Shown one piece after another: positions 48,001 to 58,055 of a stretch of 64,000 nucleotides of DNA. Origin of the DNA: Bacteroidota bacterium (GTDB lineage Bacteria > Bacteroidota > Bacteroidia > AKYH767-A > OLB10); contig JAHEYP010000018.1 in NCBI GenBank assembly GCA_023251535.1, forward strand, positions 7,759 through 71,758, written 5' to 3'. Below the pieces are notes generated by a model. It saw only the letters and a list, made by a program, of their open reading frames with translations. It did not search any database and had not been told where the DNA came from. The position numbers were made by a program, and so were the translations under genes. Within the stretch, counting starts at the first letter, position 1, and each line of letters begins with the position of its first letter.

Positions 48001-51000
48001 CTACCTGCGGACAAGCAAATGGTTCAGTATCCGTTGTTGCTTCTGGTGGTACGGGTGCATTGTCATACTTATGGAATACCGGAGCTGTTACTACAACAGT
48101 TAACGGGCTTAGTGCGGCAACATATACTGTTACAGTAACCGATCAGAATAATTGTACAAGAACTGCTAATGCATCAGTAACATCGCTGAATGCACCAGTA
48201 ATAAATTCTTCGTCTGTAACGAATGTTTCATGTTTTAATGGAACAAATGGTAGTGTAGATATTACCGTATCTGGCGGAACTGGAACTTTAACTTATTTAT
48301 GGAGTAATGGTGACGTAACTCAAGATATATCATCATTGTCATCAAACACTTATACAGTAACTGTTACTGATGATAATAATTGTACTGTTACAGGTTCTTA
48401 TTTTGTTTCACAACTTTCAGCGATTTCATTGTCGGGTGTTGTAACAAATGTGGCTTGCTTTAATGGAACAAGTGGTAGTATCAATCTTTCAGTGACTGGT
48501 GGTAGTCCGGGATATACTTATTTGTGGAGTAACGGTTTTACAGGACAAGACCCAAGTTCATTAACTGCATCAACATATACTGTTACTGTTACCGATAATA
48601 ATTCTTGTACTTCATCAACTTCTTTTACAGTAACTCAGCCTACTGCTATCGCAATCTCGGGATCTGTAACTGATGTTCTATGCAACGGACAAGCTACAGG
48701 TGCAGTAGATGTAACTGTATCAGGAGGCACTTCACCTTATTCGTATGTATGGTCGAACGCTGCAATAACTCAAGATATCAGCAACGTAACAGCAAACTCT
48801 TATACAGTTACTGTTACTGACTTTAATTCGTGTAGCTCTAACTCAACTTTTGTTGTAAGTCAACCTACAGCAATTTCTACATCCTTCACTTCTGTTCAAC
48901 CAACATGTTCGAATAGCAATGGATCACTTACTGTCAATGCGTCGGGTGGAGTAGGTACTTATACTTACTTATGGAATACCGGAGCGGTTACAGCACAGAT
49001 CTCAAATATCGGAGCAGGAACGTACACGGTAACTGTAACTGATCAAAACAATTGTTCTATTGTAAGAACATCTTCTTTAACAGCAATAGCAGGACCTTCA
49101 ATTGCATCTATTATTCCAACAAATACTACATGCTTTAGCGGATCAAATGGATCAATCAATTTAACTACATCGGGAGGTACTGCACCATTAACTTATTTGT
49201 GGAGTAATTCAGCTGTTACGGAAGATATCACAGGATTGACTGCAGGTACTTATACTGTTACTGTAACTGATGATAATAATTGTACAGCAACAGCGAATGC
49301 AACAGTTGGTCAGCCAACACAAGTAAGCGGAACATTTACTCAAGTTCAACCTGTTTGTAATAATTCAAACGGAAGTCTTACTGTTAATGCAACAGGAGGT
49401 GCCGGAGGATATACTTACTTGTGGAATACTTCGTCTGTGTCGAATTCTATTTCAGGATTGGCGGTAGGTACATACACTGTTACCGTTACTGATGCAAATA
49501 GTTGTTCAAATACATTATCGTCAACTTTAACAGGTGTATCTGGACCAACAATTACTGTTACCAATGCAGTAAATGTTCAATGTAATGGTACATCAACAGG
49601 TGCAATTGATATTACAGTTTCAAACGGAACAGGACCATATTCATATTTATGGTCGACAAGTGCGATAACAGAAGATCTTATTAATATTCCGAATGGAACG
49701 TATACAGTAACAGTAACAGATGCGAATAACTGTACATCTGTAAAATCAATTACTATTACTCAACCTGCTTTCCTTTCTCTAGCTAATTTCTCTACAGTAA
49801 ATGCTACTTGTGGTCAAAGTAATGGAAGTGCTCAAGTAACTCCTACTGGTGGTGTAACACCTTATACTTATTTGTGGAATACTGGATCAGTTACGAATCA
49901 AATAACAAATGTTACTGCAGGTACTTATACAGTAACAGTAACTGATTTTAACGGTTGTACACGACGTAGAAATGTTGTTATATCCTTGGCAAATGGTCCG
50001 GTGATTAGTTTAATTTCTCAAACCGACGTTTCTTGCAACGGAGGAAATAATGGCGCAATCGATATTGATGTTATAGGAGGCACTTCGCCCTACAATTATA
50101 TTTGGACAAATAGCGCAGTCACTCAAGATGTAACTGGTCTCATTGCTGGTGTATATACAGTTCATGTAACTGATAATACCGGATGCTCTGATTCTGCTAC
50201 GTATACTATTGTTGAGCCTACAGCCATATCAATTACTCCAACCATTACTCCTGCCAGTTGCGGTACTGCAACGGGGGGTGTTTCACTCGTAGTATTAGGC
50301 GGTACTCCAACTTATTCTTATTTATGGAGTACAGGAGCTGTGACTTCGTCAATATCTTCAGTTGTAGCAGGTGATTATACTGTTACAGTAACAGATGCTC
50401 ATTCTTGTACTTCGCAAAATACTTATACAGTAACTACTTCTTCAGGACCATCAATAGTTGTTGATAGTACTTTCGATGCAAGATGTTATGGTGCTGCTAC
50501 CGGAAGAATTTATATTTCAGTAACAGGAGGAACAAGTCCTTTTAGTTATTTATGGAATGATGGTTCGGTTTCGCAAGATCGAACGGGATTAGCGGCAGGA
50601 ACTTATACTGTTACAGTAACTGATTTTAATACTTGTTCTGCATCGACTCAAATTACGATTGGACAAGCTACTTTAATTGTACCTTCTTTCACTGTGCAAA
50701 GTGCAAGTTGTAATCAGTCAAATGGTAGCATTACTGTTTCTGCAACTGGTGGTAATGGATCGTATTCGTATCTGTGGGAAACGGGCAGTGTTTCTAATCA
50801 GATTACAAACCAATTTGCAGGAGTATATTCTGTTACTGTTACAGACACTCGAGGATGTTCAGTTATTGATTCTGCTACAATTGATAATTCAGGACAAGCT
50901 TCAATTTTACTTTCAACACAAGTAAATCCACTTTGCTTTGGTTTAAATACTGGTCAGCTTACTGTTAGTGTTTCAGGAGGAGTTTCTCCTTATCAAATAC

Positions 51001-53954
51001 AATGGTCAAATGGAGATGTAGGTCTCACCGCTGATACTTTAACTGCAGGAACTTACACCGTTACTGTTACTGATCAATCTTCATGTAGTTCTCAAGCTTC
51101 ATTTACAATAACTCAGCCTGATGCTTTGACACTGCAATTAAATTCAATTAATGAACATTGCAATAAAGCAGATGGTTCAATTACAGTAAATGTTTCTGGT
51201 GGTACTGGTATTGATACTTATGTTTGGTCAACTTCAGCTATTACCAATCAAATTAACGCACTCGTTGCGGGTTCTTATACTGTTACAGTAACTGATCAGA
51301 ATAACTGCCAAGCTTCTTCTTCTGCTGTATTAATAAATATCGCAGCTCCTATAATCAATACTGTTTCTGTTGTTGATGCGAACTGTTATAATTCTGCCAG
51401 TGGTTCGGTTGATATCGATATTCAAGGTGGAACATCACCGTTTACCTATTTATGGTCGAACGGAAATGTTACTCAAGATTTGATATCAGTTGTTTCAGGA
51501 ACATATACTGTTACCGTTACCGATACTTTTGCTTGTTCAGCACAGTTTTCTTATTTCATTAATCAGCCAACTGAATTGTTATTGCAAGTTACTGTAGATG
51601 ACGCAGGATGCAATAATAATAATGGAAGTATTCAAGTTGTACCATCAGGTGGAGTAGGTCCTTATACTTATTTATGGTCTGATGGCTCAGTAAATGATAA
51701 TCTTCAAAACTTGTTTGCCGGCAGTTACACTGTTACTGTTAGCGATAGTCACTCTTGTTCAATTCAACAGATTATTACAGTTAATAATTTAAATGCAGCA
51801 GCAATTACACTCGATTCTTTAGTTGATGTCTCGTGTAATCTAGGTAATAATGGTGCAATCTATGTTAGTGTTGCAGGTGGAGCTTCTCCTTATGCTTATC
51901 TGTGGTCTGATAATTCATTCAATGAAGACTTAGTTAATGTCCCTGCAGGAATTTATACTTTAACTGTAAGCGACAATAACGGTTGTGTGTCGGTTTATAC
52001 AGATACTATAAGTGAACCTTTACCATTAGCTGTTAACGGTGCTGTAACCGATGCCAAATGTGGATTAGATAATGGTATTGTAACTGTAACTCCTTCGGGT
52101 GGTACTTCTCCATATACATTCTTGTGGAGTACTTCTGCATCCTCTTCAACTATTTCGTCACTCGCTGCCGGTGATTACACTATAACGGTAACGGATGACA
52201 GAAACTGTAGTGTTGTAGATACTTTCACCGTTATAAATACAGGGAATCCTGCTATTGCGTTAGTCGCAATTGATAGCGTTTCGTGTAACGGATTAACTGA
52301 TGGAGCAATTGATATTGATGTCAATGGAGGAGTTGGACCATATTCATATACTTGGATAGGTACCAGTCAAGTTTCACAAGACATTACAGGATTGCAAGCT
52401 GGAGGATATTCAGTAATTGTGACTGATTTCGTTGGTTGTACTTCTACTAATTCGTATACAGTATATCAACCATCAGCAATTAATATTTCTTTTCCTCAAT
52501 TAACAAACGCTGCTTGCGGAAGTAATAATGGTTCTATCATTGTAGCAGTAAGTGGAGGAGATCCCGGATATAACTTGCTTTGGTCTAATGGATCAATTAA
52601 TGATACGATTTCTAATTTGGGTGCAGGAAGCTACACTGTTACTGTAACAGATCAACGTGGCTGTACAAAAACTTCTCAGGCTAATATCAGCAATATCTCA
52701 GGTCCTTCTATTGCTTCTGTCGATTCAGCAAATGTTAGCTGTCCCGGATTAAATGATGGGTTTATCACTATCTCAGTTACCGGAGGAACAGCGCCATATA
52801 CTTATTCTTGGAATACACTTCCTGATGTAACACCTTCTGTTACTAATTTATCGGGTGGTACATATACTGTAACAGTAAAAGATGCATTAAACTGTGTCGT
52901 ATTACGTTCTGTGACAATCACAGCTCCTAATCCAATTGCTGTTAATTCGGTAATACCGCAGAAAAATCCTCCTTATAATTTAACGTGTTTCGAAAGTGCC
53001 GATGGTGATATTTTCTTGAGTGTGTCCGGCGGAACTGCGCCATATGGCTTTGTTTGGAGTAACGGAAGTATATCACAGAATATATCTGGCTTAGTAGCAA
53101 GTACGTATACTGTATTTATTACAGATGCAAATGGATGTTCTTCTAGTTCAAATTATACTTTAACTGAACCTCCTCAACTGATAGCAAATGCAGGAACTGA
53201 TTTTAATGTTTGCGGCGAAACAGTTGCAACTATGAATGCAAATGTTCCTACTTACGGTATCGGAAGTTGGAGTGTGCTAGGCGGACAAGGAAGTATTTTA
53301 TTTAATGATTCTACATCTGCAACTACTCTAGTTTCGAATTTGCCACAGGGGGATAATACTTTTGTATGGACAGTTACCGATGGTGTATGTTTGGCAAATG
53401 CTCAGGTGCTTGTTTCTGTAACTTCTGCCATTCAAGCAATCGCTGGTATTGATAGAAAAGTTTGTGATGGTGAAATTAATTTAAATGCTACTCGTCCTCA
53501 GTTTGGTGATGGCTATTGGATTACTTTCTCTCCAGGGGTAGTTATTGAAGATTCTTCTAAAGCATTCTCGCATGTTACGAATTTGAATTATGGTAATAAT
53601 ATTTTCCAATGGACTGTTATTAATGGAACATGCCGTGATTCTGCTTCAGTAAATATTTACAGAAAAGATTCGCTTGAATGCTTGTCTAAAATTCAATTGC
53701 CTAACGCCTTCTCGCCGAATAGCGATGGCTTCAACGACTATTTTGTTGTTAAAGGAATCGAAGATTATATCAAAAATGATTTCATTGTTTATAATCGATG
53801 GGGAATTGTGGTGTATGAAAAATCAAGTTATCAGAATACCTGGAATGGAGTAGGTGATGATGGTAATCCGTTGCCTGACGGTACGTACTTTATTTTGCTT
53901 AAAATAGATGCTCAGGAAAAAGTGTATAAAACTTATGTAGATCTGCGACGATGA
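45081..53954 (+). CDS. Very large SprB-repeat surface protein with T9SS type B C-terminal domain
   Basis: Signal peptide (true start may be a later ATG); 35 counted ~75-aa repeats; CTD LPNAFSPNSDGFND..YNRWG..DGTYF..LRR. Confidence 0.92.
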   Translation: MDFILLLETIMIRIIHKGPIRRFMSLSWTFIALLPLLFSTSLYASNFVKGDNTLQPPPITSLNFITSDFNGYGVSCNGSADGSIDLTVIGGVAPYTYVWSNGEVTEDISGLIAGTYTVTVTDFNGDILSSSADITEPDVIQLSSSLTDVLCFNGNSGSIDLTVTGGVAGYSYLWSNASLSEDISSLVAGDYSVTVTDANNCTAQSTFTIAEPSELILSATVSDITCFGGNDGTIDLTVTGGTSNYTYEWSNGEVSEDLIDLIAGDYTITVTDANNCIVNEVYTLTEPTIINIQGAISNVSCFNGTNGGVNITVTGGTGAYTYLWSNGAITEDLSSLIAGTYTVTVTDANNCTSSNSFTVSQPALLNLSGAASAVTCFGGSNGSVNITVSGGTTNYSYQWSNSTSSEDLTNVVAGTYTVTVTDANNCTATNGYVVTQPTALALSGTATNIPCFGGTNGSINLIVSGGTTTYSYLWSNGAVTEDLSALSAGSYTVTVTDANNCTSNRSFTITQPSAINISGITTAVACNGASTGAVNITVAGGIPAYTYQWSNSAFTEDISNVAANTYTVTVTDANNCSSNRSFIVTQPTAINISGVTTAVACNGASTGAVNITVSGGTPSYTYQWSNSVFTEDITNVAAGSYTVTVTDFNNCTATNVYTVTQPTALNLSGSATAVSCFGGTSGSVNITVSGGTTNYSFLWSNGASTEDLSSVAAGTYTVTVTDANNCTISNSFTVTQPTALSVSVNTTAGSCNLANGAAAAVVNGGTPTYSYLWNTGAVTSSISNLLSGTYTVTVTDSKGCTSSNSGTVSNSGSLTISPIVVTNVSCNGGSNGAIDISVSGGVGPYTYLWSNLALSQDISGLTAGTYSVTVTDLSLCVTTASAVVTQPSVITLTPTISNVSCNNGANGSIQLSVNGGTSPYSFLWNTGSVSQNVSSLAAGTYTVTVTDFNNCTITQSFTITQPTAISATASSTQATCGQANGSVSVVASGGTGALSYLWNTGAVTTTVNGLSAATYTVTVTDQNNCTRTANASVTSLNAPVINSSSVTNVSCFNGTNGSVDITVSGGTGTLTYLWSNGDVTQDISSLSSNTYTVTVTDDNNCTVTGSYFVSQLSAISLSGVVTNVACFNGTSGSINLSVTGGSPGYTYLWSNGFTGQDPSSLTASTYTVTVTDNNSCTSSTSFTVTQPTAIAISGSVTDVLCNGQATGAVDVTVSGGTSPYSYVWSNAAITQDISNVTANSYTVTVTDFNSCSSNSTFVVSQPTAISTSFTSVQPTCSNSNGSLTVNASGGVGTYTYLWNTGAVTAQISNIGAGTYTVTVTDQNNCSIVRTSSLTAIAGPSIASIIPTNTTCFSGSNGSINLTTSGGTAPLTYLWSNSAVTEDITGLTAGTYTVTVTDDNNCTATANATVGQPTQVSGTFTQVQPVCNNSNGSLTVNATGGAGGYTYLWNTSSVSNSISGLAVGTYTVTVTDANSCSNTLSSTLTGVSGPTITVTNAVNVQCNGTSTGAIDITVSNGTGPYSYLWSTSAITEDLINIPNGTYTVTVTDANNCTSVKSITITQPAFLSLANFSTVNATCGQSNGSAQVTPTGGVTPYTYLWNTGSVTNQITNVTAGTYTVTVTDFNGCTRRRNVVISLANGPVISLISQTDVSCNGGNNGAIDIDVIGGTSPYNYIWTNSAVTQDVTGLIAGVYTVHVTDNTGCSDSATYTIVEPTAISITPTITPASCGTATGGVSLVVLGGTPTYSYLWSTGAVTSSISSVVAGDYTVTVTDAHSCTSQNTYTVTTSSGPSIVVDSTFDARCYGAATGRIYISVTGGTSPFSYLWNDGSVSQDRTGLAAGTYTVTVTDFNTCSASTQITIGQATLIVPSFTVQSASCNQSNGSITVSATGGNGSYSYLWETGSVSNQITNQFAGVYSVTVTDTRGCSVIDSATIDNSGQASILLSTQVNPLCFGLNTGQLTVSVSGGVSPYQIQWSNGDVGLTADTLTAGTYTVTVTDQSSCSSQASFTITQPDALTLQLNSINEHCNKADGSITVNVSGGTGIDTYVWSTSAITNQINALVAGSYTVTVTDQNNCQASSSAVLINIAAPIINTVSVVDANCYNSASGSVDIDIQGGTSPFTYLWSNGNVTQDLISVVSGTYTVTVTDTFACSAQFSYFINQPTELLLQVTVDDAGCNNNNGSIQVVPSGGVGPYTYLWSDGSVNDNLQNLFAGSYTVTVSDSHSCSIQQIITVNNLNAAAITLDSLVDVSCNLGNNGAIYVSVAGGASPYAYLWSDNSFNEDLVNVPAGIYTLTVSDNNGCVSVYTDTISEPLPLAVNGAVTDAKCGLDNGIVTVTPSGGTSPYTFLWSTSASSSTISSLAAGDYTITVTDDRNCSVVDTFTVINTGNPAIALVAIDSVSCNGLTDGAIDIDVNGGVGPYSYTWIGTSQVSQDITGLQAGGYSVIVTDFVGCTSTNSYTVYQPSAINISFPQLTNAACGSNNGSIIVAVSGGDPGYNLLWSNGSINDTISNLGAGSYTVTVTDQRGCTKTSQANISNISGPSIASVDSANVSCPGLNDGFITISVTGGTAPYTYSWNTLPDVTPSVTNLSGGTYTVTVKDALNCVVLRSVTITAPNPIAVNSVIPQKNPPYNLTCFESADGDIFLSVSGGTAPYGFVWSNGSISQNISGLVASTYTVFITDANGCSSSSNYTLTEPPQLIANAGTDFNVCGETVATMNANVPTYGIGSWSVLGGQGSILFNDSTSATTLVSNLPQGDNTFVWTVTDGVCLANAQVLVSVTSAIQAIAGIDRKVCDGEINLNATRPQFGDGYWITFSPGVVIEDSSKAFSHVTNLNYGNNIFQWTVINGTCRDSASVNIYRKDSLECLSKIQLPNAFSPNSDGFNDYFVVKGIEDYIKNDFIVYNRWGIVVYEKSSYQNTWNGVGDDGNPLPDGTYFILLKIDAQEKVYKTYVDLRR

Positions 53955-54880
53955 AAAAAATATTACTCACGTCTTTTTTACTGTTACAATCGTCATTTTT
54001 GCTAATGGCGCAACAGGCTCCGTTGGTAAGCCATTATATGTTTAATAGCTTATTGATAAATCCTGCTTATGCCGGAAGTAAAGAATATGTAAGCGCAACA
54101 TTGTTGTATCGTAAACAATGGGCGGGATTAGAAGGTGCTCCTGTAACGTATTCAGGAAGTGTTCATGGATTGTTTAAAAAACAGAAATTAGGATTAGGCG
54201 CATTTATACAACAGGATAAAATTGGTGTTACTAAACAGACTGATGCTTATGCGTCGGCTGCTTATCATTTGTCGGTTGGCGATGTTGGAAAACTTAGCGT
54301 AGGATTGCAAATGGGCGTTACTAGTTTTAGTTCTGATGTTGTTCAGTTAACGTATTGGGATCCGGGCGACAAAGTGTTTGATTATAATTCATTCACAAGT
54401 TTGCTTCCGAATGCAGGACTAGGCGTCTATTATTATCGTCCTTTGTTTTATGCAGGATTGTCCGCTCCTTATTTGTTAAGCTATGATGCAAATCAATCCG
54501 GCTCAGTTAGTTCTTCAAAACCTGTTCATCATCAAGATCGTCGATTTTATGCTACAGTAGGTGGCGTTATTGAATCTGAATACGATGTTAAATTTAAACC
54601 TTCGGTTTTAGTTCGAAGTGAGGGAAATACTCCTTTGCAGTTCGATTTAAATATGAATGTCTTGATTAACGATATATTCTGGATCGGTGCTTCTTATAGA
54701 TCAAACGATGCTATAGTGGCGCTCCTCGAATATCAAGTGAATCGTAAATTCCGAATCGGATATTCGTACGATTATACCCTAAGTGAAATTGGCAACTATA
54801 ATTCAGGATCCCATGAAGTAATGTTGGGATATGATTTTGGTTATCCTGTAGTTAAAATGAAATCTCCCCGTTACTTTTAG
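53951..54880 (+). CDS. PorP/SprF family T9SS beta-barrel
   Basis: QQAP..SHYMFN..INPAYAG, YRKQWAGLEGAP, GSHEVMLGYDF..SPRYF; ATGA overlap with the adhesin stop. Confidence 0.92.
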   Translation: MKKILLTSFLLLQSSFLLMAQQAPLVSHYMFNSLLINPAYAGSKEYVSATLLYRKQWAGLEGAPVTYSGSVHGLFKKQKLGLGAFIQQDKIGVTKQTDAYASAAYHLSVGDVGKLSVGLQMGVTSFSSDVVQLTYWDPGDKVFDYNSFTSLLPNAGLGVYYYRPLFYAGLSAPYLLSYDANQSGSVSSSKPVHHQDRRFYATVGGVIESEYDVKFKPSVLVRSEGNTPLQFDLNMNVLINDIFWIGASYRSNDAIVALLEYQVNRKFRIGYSYDYTLSEIGNYNSGSHEVMLGYDFGYPVVKMKSPRYF

Positions 54881-54882
54881 TT

Positions 54883-56790
54883 ATGAAGTCTAGTTTGCGT
54901 TTTCTGTTATTTGTGTGCTGCGTAGTGTCGCTTCATTCTTGCGTTAGTGTTCGTTTGCGTACCGCTAATGAAAATTACGTGCAGTCGGCTTATGCACCTG
55001 CTGCTGAGGATTATGAATATGTTCTCACTAAACGTCAGGATAGAGATGCTATTATTAACGTAGCTGACTGTTACTATCAAATGGGTAATAGCTATAAAGC
55101 GGAATTTTGGTACCGTCGTGCTGTTAAATTGCCTGAAGCAAAATTAGAATGGAACTATTTTCTTGGAGAGTCACTAATTAAAAATGGTAAATACGAGGAA
55201 GCTAAAACTTATCTTTCTACTTATTGCGAATTGAATAAAACAGATTATCGCGCTCAAAATATGTTGAATGCATGCGATAGTGTTTCAGTTTATTATCGCG
55301 ATACTACTTTGTTTACGGTAACCCCTCTCCGTTATAATGCTCCTGGAATTAATGTGCTTAGCCCATCGATTTATCGTAGCGGCATCGTTTTTCTTTCGGA
55401 CATGAATTATAAAGGATTAAGTAAAACGTTGTCTGATTGGACGGGCAAACGTTACCTCGACTTGTTCTTTGCCAAGAAAACTGATCGCGGAAATTGGTTG
55501 GATCCTGAACCTCTTCGCGGATCTGTTAACGGTAGATTTAATGAAGGTCCCGTGGCATTTACACGCGATTTTAATACAATGTATTTCACTCGCAATAATT
55601 ACTTGAGTAATAAAGTCGAAAAAAATAAACGTAATGATAATGTCCTAAAAATATTTCGTGCCGATTTCGTTAATGGCGAATGGAATATTGTTGGGGATAT
55701 TAATATGACTAGTGGCGATTTTTCTGTGGGACATCCTACATTGAATAGCACTGGTGATGTAATGTTCTTTGTTTCTAATATGCCTTGGGGATACGGTGGC
55801 ACCGATATCTATTCTTCTAAGAAGATTGGTAGTTCCTGGTCGGAGCCAGTAAATATTGGTAAAGGTGTAAATACTGATGGAAATGAAATGTTTCCTTTCT
55901 TGTATAATGATAGTACTTTGTATTTCTCGACTGATGGTCGTGGTGGTTTAGGCGGACTCGATATATTCGAATCTAAATTTAAAAATGGCGAATGGTCTAC
56001 ACCGTTTAATATGGGTGCTCCTGTAAATTCGCCTCAAGATGACTTTAGTTTTATTCTAGATTCTACAGGATTAAATGGCTACTTCTCTAGCGGACGTGGT
56101 TCCGGAAACGATAAGATTTATAGTTTCTTAATGAACCCACCTAGATTATTAGTGAATGTTAAAATTAGCGATCAACAATCGCATGCATTAATATCAGGTG
56201 CAACGTTAAGTGTTGTAAAAGACGGAAAAGTTTTCCGTTCTGTTAGTTCAGATGGTTCAGGATACATGAAAGTGTTAGTTGAACCCGGACATAATTATGA
56301 TTTCGTTTGCGATCATCATGACTTCTATCTTCGTAAAGCTTCTGTTTCTACTGAAGGAAAAAGATTCTCAGATACACTTTCGGTTAGTATTGACTTGAAG
56401 AAAGTAGTACTTAATAAACCTTTTATATGGTACGGAATTGCGTTCAAGAAAAAGGATTTTCAAATTAAAACTTCTGCAACGGAAGCGCTCGATTTATTGC
56501 TGAATTTGTTGAAGGAAAATCCTCGTTTGGAAGTTGAAATCGGATCATATACTGATAGCCGTGGTACTGATGCCGATAATTTAAGATTGACTCAGTCTCG
56601 TGCTGATTTTGTTGTGAAGTATTTAACCGATCGCGGATTAAATCCTTCTCGTTTTGTTGCAAAAGGGTATGGTGAATCGAAGTTGTTGAATAATTGTGTG
56701 AATGGTTTATTGTGTATCGAAGAAGAGCACGAAACAAATAACCGTATCGAAATTACCGTAAAGAGTATTTCCGAAGTTAGCATAAAATGA
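54883..56790 (+). CDS. PorE-like lipoprotein (TPR + PD40 propeller + OmpA domain)
   Basis: Lipobox-like LHSC; TPR; FFVSNMPWGYGGTDIY, YFSTDGRGGLGGLDIF; SYTDSRG..NLRLTQSRA, NNRIEI. Confidence 0.88.
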   Translation: MKSSLRFLLFVCCVVSLHSCVSVRLRTANENYVQSAYAPAAEDYEYVLTKRQDRDAIINVADCYYQMGNSYKAEFWYRRAVKLPEAKLEWNYFLGESLIKNGKYEEAKTYLSTYCELNKTDYRAQNMLNACDSVSVYYRDTTLFTVTPLRYNAPGINVLSPSIYRSGIVFLSDMNYKGLSKTLSDWTGKRYLDLFFAKKTDRGNWLDPEPLRGSVNGRFNEGPVAFTRDFNTMYFTRNNYLSNKVEKNKRNDNVLKIFRADFVNGEWNIVGDINMTSGDFSVGHPTLNSTGDVMFFVSNMPWGYGGTDIYSSKKIGSSWSEPVNIGKGVNTDGNEMFPFLYNDSTLYFSTDGRGGLGGLDIFESKFKNGEWSTPFNMGAPVNSPQDDFSFILDSTGLNGYFSSGRGSGNDKIYSFLMNPPRLLVNVKISDQQSHALISGATLSVVKDGKVFRSVSSDGSGYMKVLVEPGHNYDFVCDHHDFYLRKASVSTEGKRFSDTLSVSIDLKKVVLNKPFIWYGIAFKKKDFQIKTSATEALDLLLNLLKENPRLEVEIGSYTDSRGTDADNLRLTQSRADFVVKYLTDRGLNPSRFVAKGYGESKLLNNCVNGLLCIEEEHETNNRIEITVKSISEVSIK

Positions 56791-58055
56791 AGTCGCCTTT
56801 AATACCTCTCGCGGAAAGATTAAGACCTCATTCTCTTGATGAAATTGTTGGTCAAAAACATCTTACCGGTCCCGATGGTATTTTGCGAAATTTGCTTGCA
56901 AATGGTACTTTGCCTTCAATTATTTTCTGGGGGTCTCCAGGAATCGGTAAAACAACGCTCGCTTTTATTTTAGCTGGTGAAGCTGGATTGCCGATGTTTT
57001 CGCTTAGCGCAATTAACGCAGGAGTTAAAGATGTTCGTGAAGTAATTCAATCCGCTAAAGAAGCTGGAAAGGCTGTTTTGTTTATCGATGAAATCCATCG
57101 TTTTAATAAGTCACAGCAGGATTCTTTGTTAAGCGCCGTTGAACAAGGAATAATTGTATTGATAGGTGCCACTACAGAAAATCCTTCTTTCGAAGTTATT
57201 CGCCCTTTGTTATCGCGTTGTCAAGTGTACACATTGAATCCGTTAACATCGGATGAAATGACTTCGTTGCTGAATCGTGCAATTGCTGAGGATGATTTCT
57301 TGAAACAGCGAAATGTGATCTTGAAAGAAACCGGTGCTTTGTTTAATTTGTCGAATGGCGATGCTCGAAAATTGTTAAACCTTATTGAACTTGTAACGCA
57401 AGGAATTCAAGAAACACCTGCTGTAATTACCGATGAGGTAGTAATGAAAATTGCACAACAGCGAATCGCAGCATACGATAAAGGTGGTGAGCAACATTAC
57501 GATATTATTTCTGCTTTCATTAAGTCAATAAGAGGAAGTGATCCTAATGCAGCGCTCTATTGGTTGGCGCGAATGGTAGAAGGTGGTGAAGATCCTAAGT
57601 TTATCGCTCGTCGTATGCTTATCCTCGCTAGTGAGGATATTGGAAATGCAAACCCTAATGCTTTGCTTATCGCAACAGCTTGCTTCCAAGCCGTTGAAAT
57701 GATTGGATATCCAGAATGTATTATCAATTTATCGCAAGCTGTTGTTTACTTGGCTTCATCAGCGAAAAGTAATGCTAGTTATATGGGGATTAGAATGGCT
57801 CAGAAAGCTGTTCGTGATTATGGCGACCATCCAGTTCCAATGCATTTAAGGAATGCGCCTACAGCTTTAATGAAAGATATGAATTATGGCGAAGGATATA
57901 TGTACGCTCATAATTATGAAAATAATTTTGCGGACATCGAGTTTTTACCCGACGCAATTAAAGGCGTGAAATTTTATGAACCAGGAAATAATGCCCGCGA
58001 AGCTGAATTGCGAAAGTTTTTGAAAGATCGCTGGAAACAAAAATACAATTACTAG
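56787..58055 (+). CDS. rarA: Replication-associated recombination protein A (MgsA/RarA AAA+ ATPase)
   Basis: PLAERLRP, GSPGIGKTT, FIDEIHRFNKSQQD, GATTENPSF, HYDIISAFIKSIRGSD, SEDIGNA. Confidence 0.96.
   Translation: MKSPLIPLAERLRPHSLDEIVGQKHLTGPDGILRNLLANGTLPSIIFWGSPGIGKTTLAFILAGEAGLPMFSLSAINAGVKDVREVIQSAKEAGKAVLFIDEIHRFNKSQQDSLLSAVEQGIIVLIGATTENPSFEVIRPLLSRCQVYTLNPLTSDEMTSLLNRAIAEDDFLKQRNVILKETGALFNLSNGDARKLLNLIELVTQGIQETPAVITDEVVMKIAQQRIAAYDKGGEQHYDIISAFIKSIRGSDPNAALYWLARMVEGGEDPKFIARRMLILASEDIGNANPNALLIATACFQAVEMIGYPECIINLSQAVVYLASSAKSNASYMGIRMAQKAVRDYGDHPVPMHLRNAPTALMKDMNYGEGYMYAHNYENNFADIEFLPDAIKGVKFYEPGNNAREAELRKFLKDRWKQKYNY

Noticed and set aside
22595..53954. Calling either large adhesin sprB itself
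   Set aside because: They share the repeat type and type B CTD, but no sprC/sprD context is present and orthology cannot be shown from sequence alone
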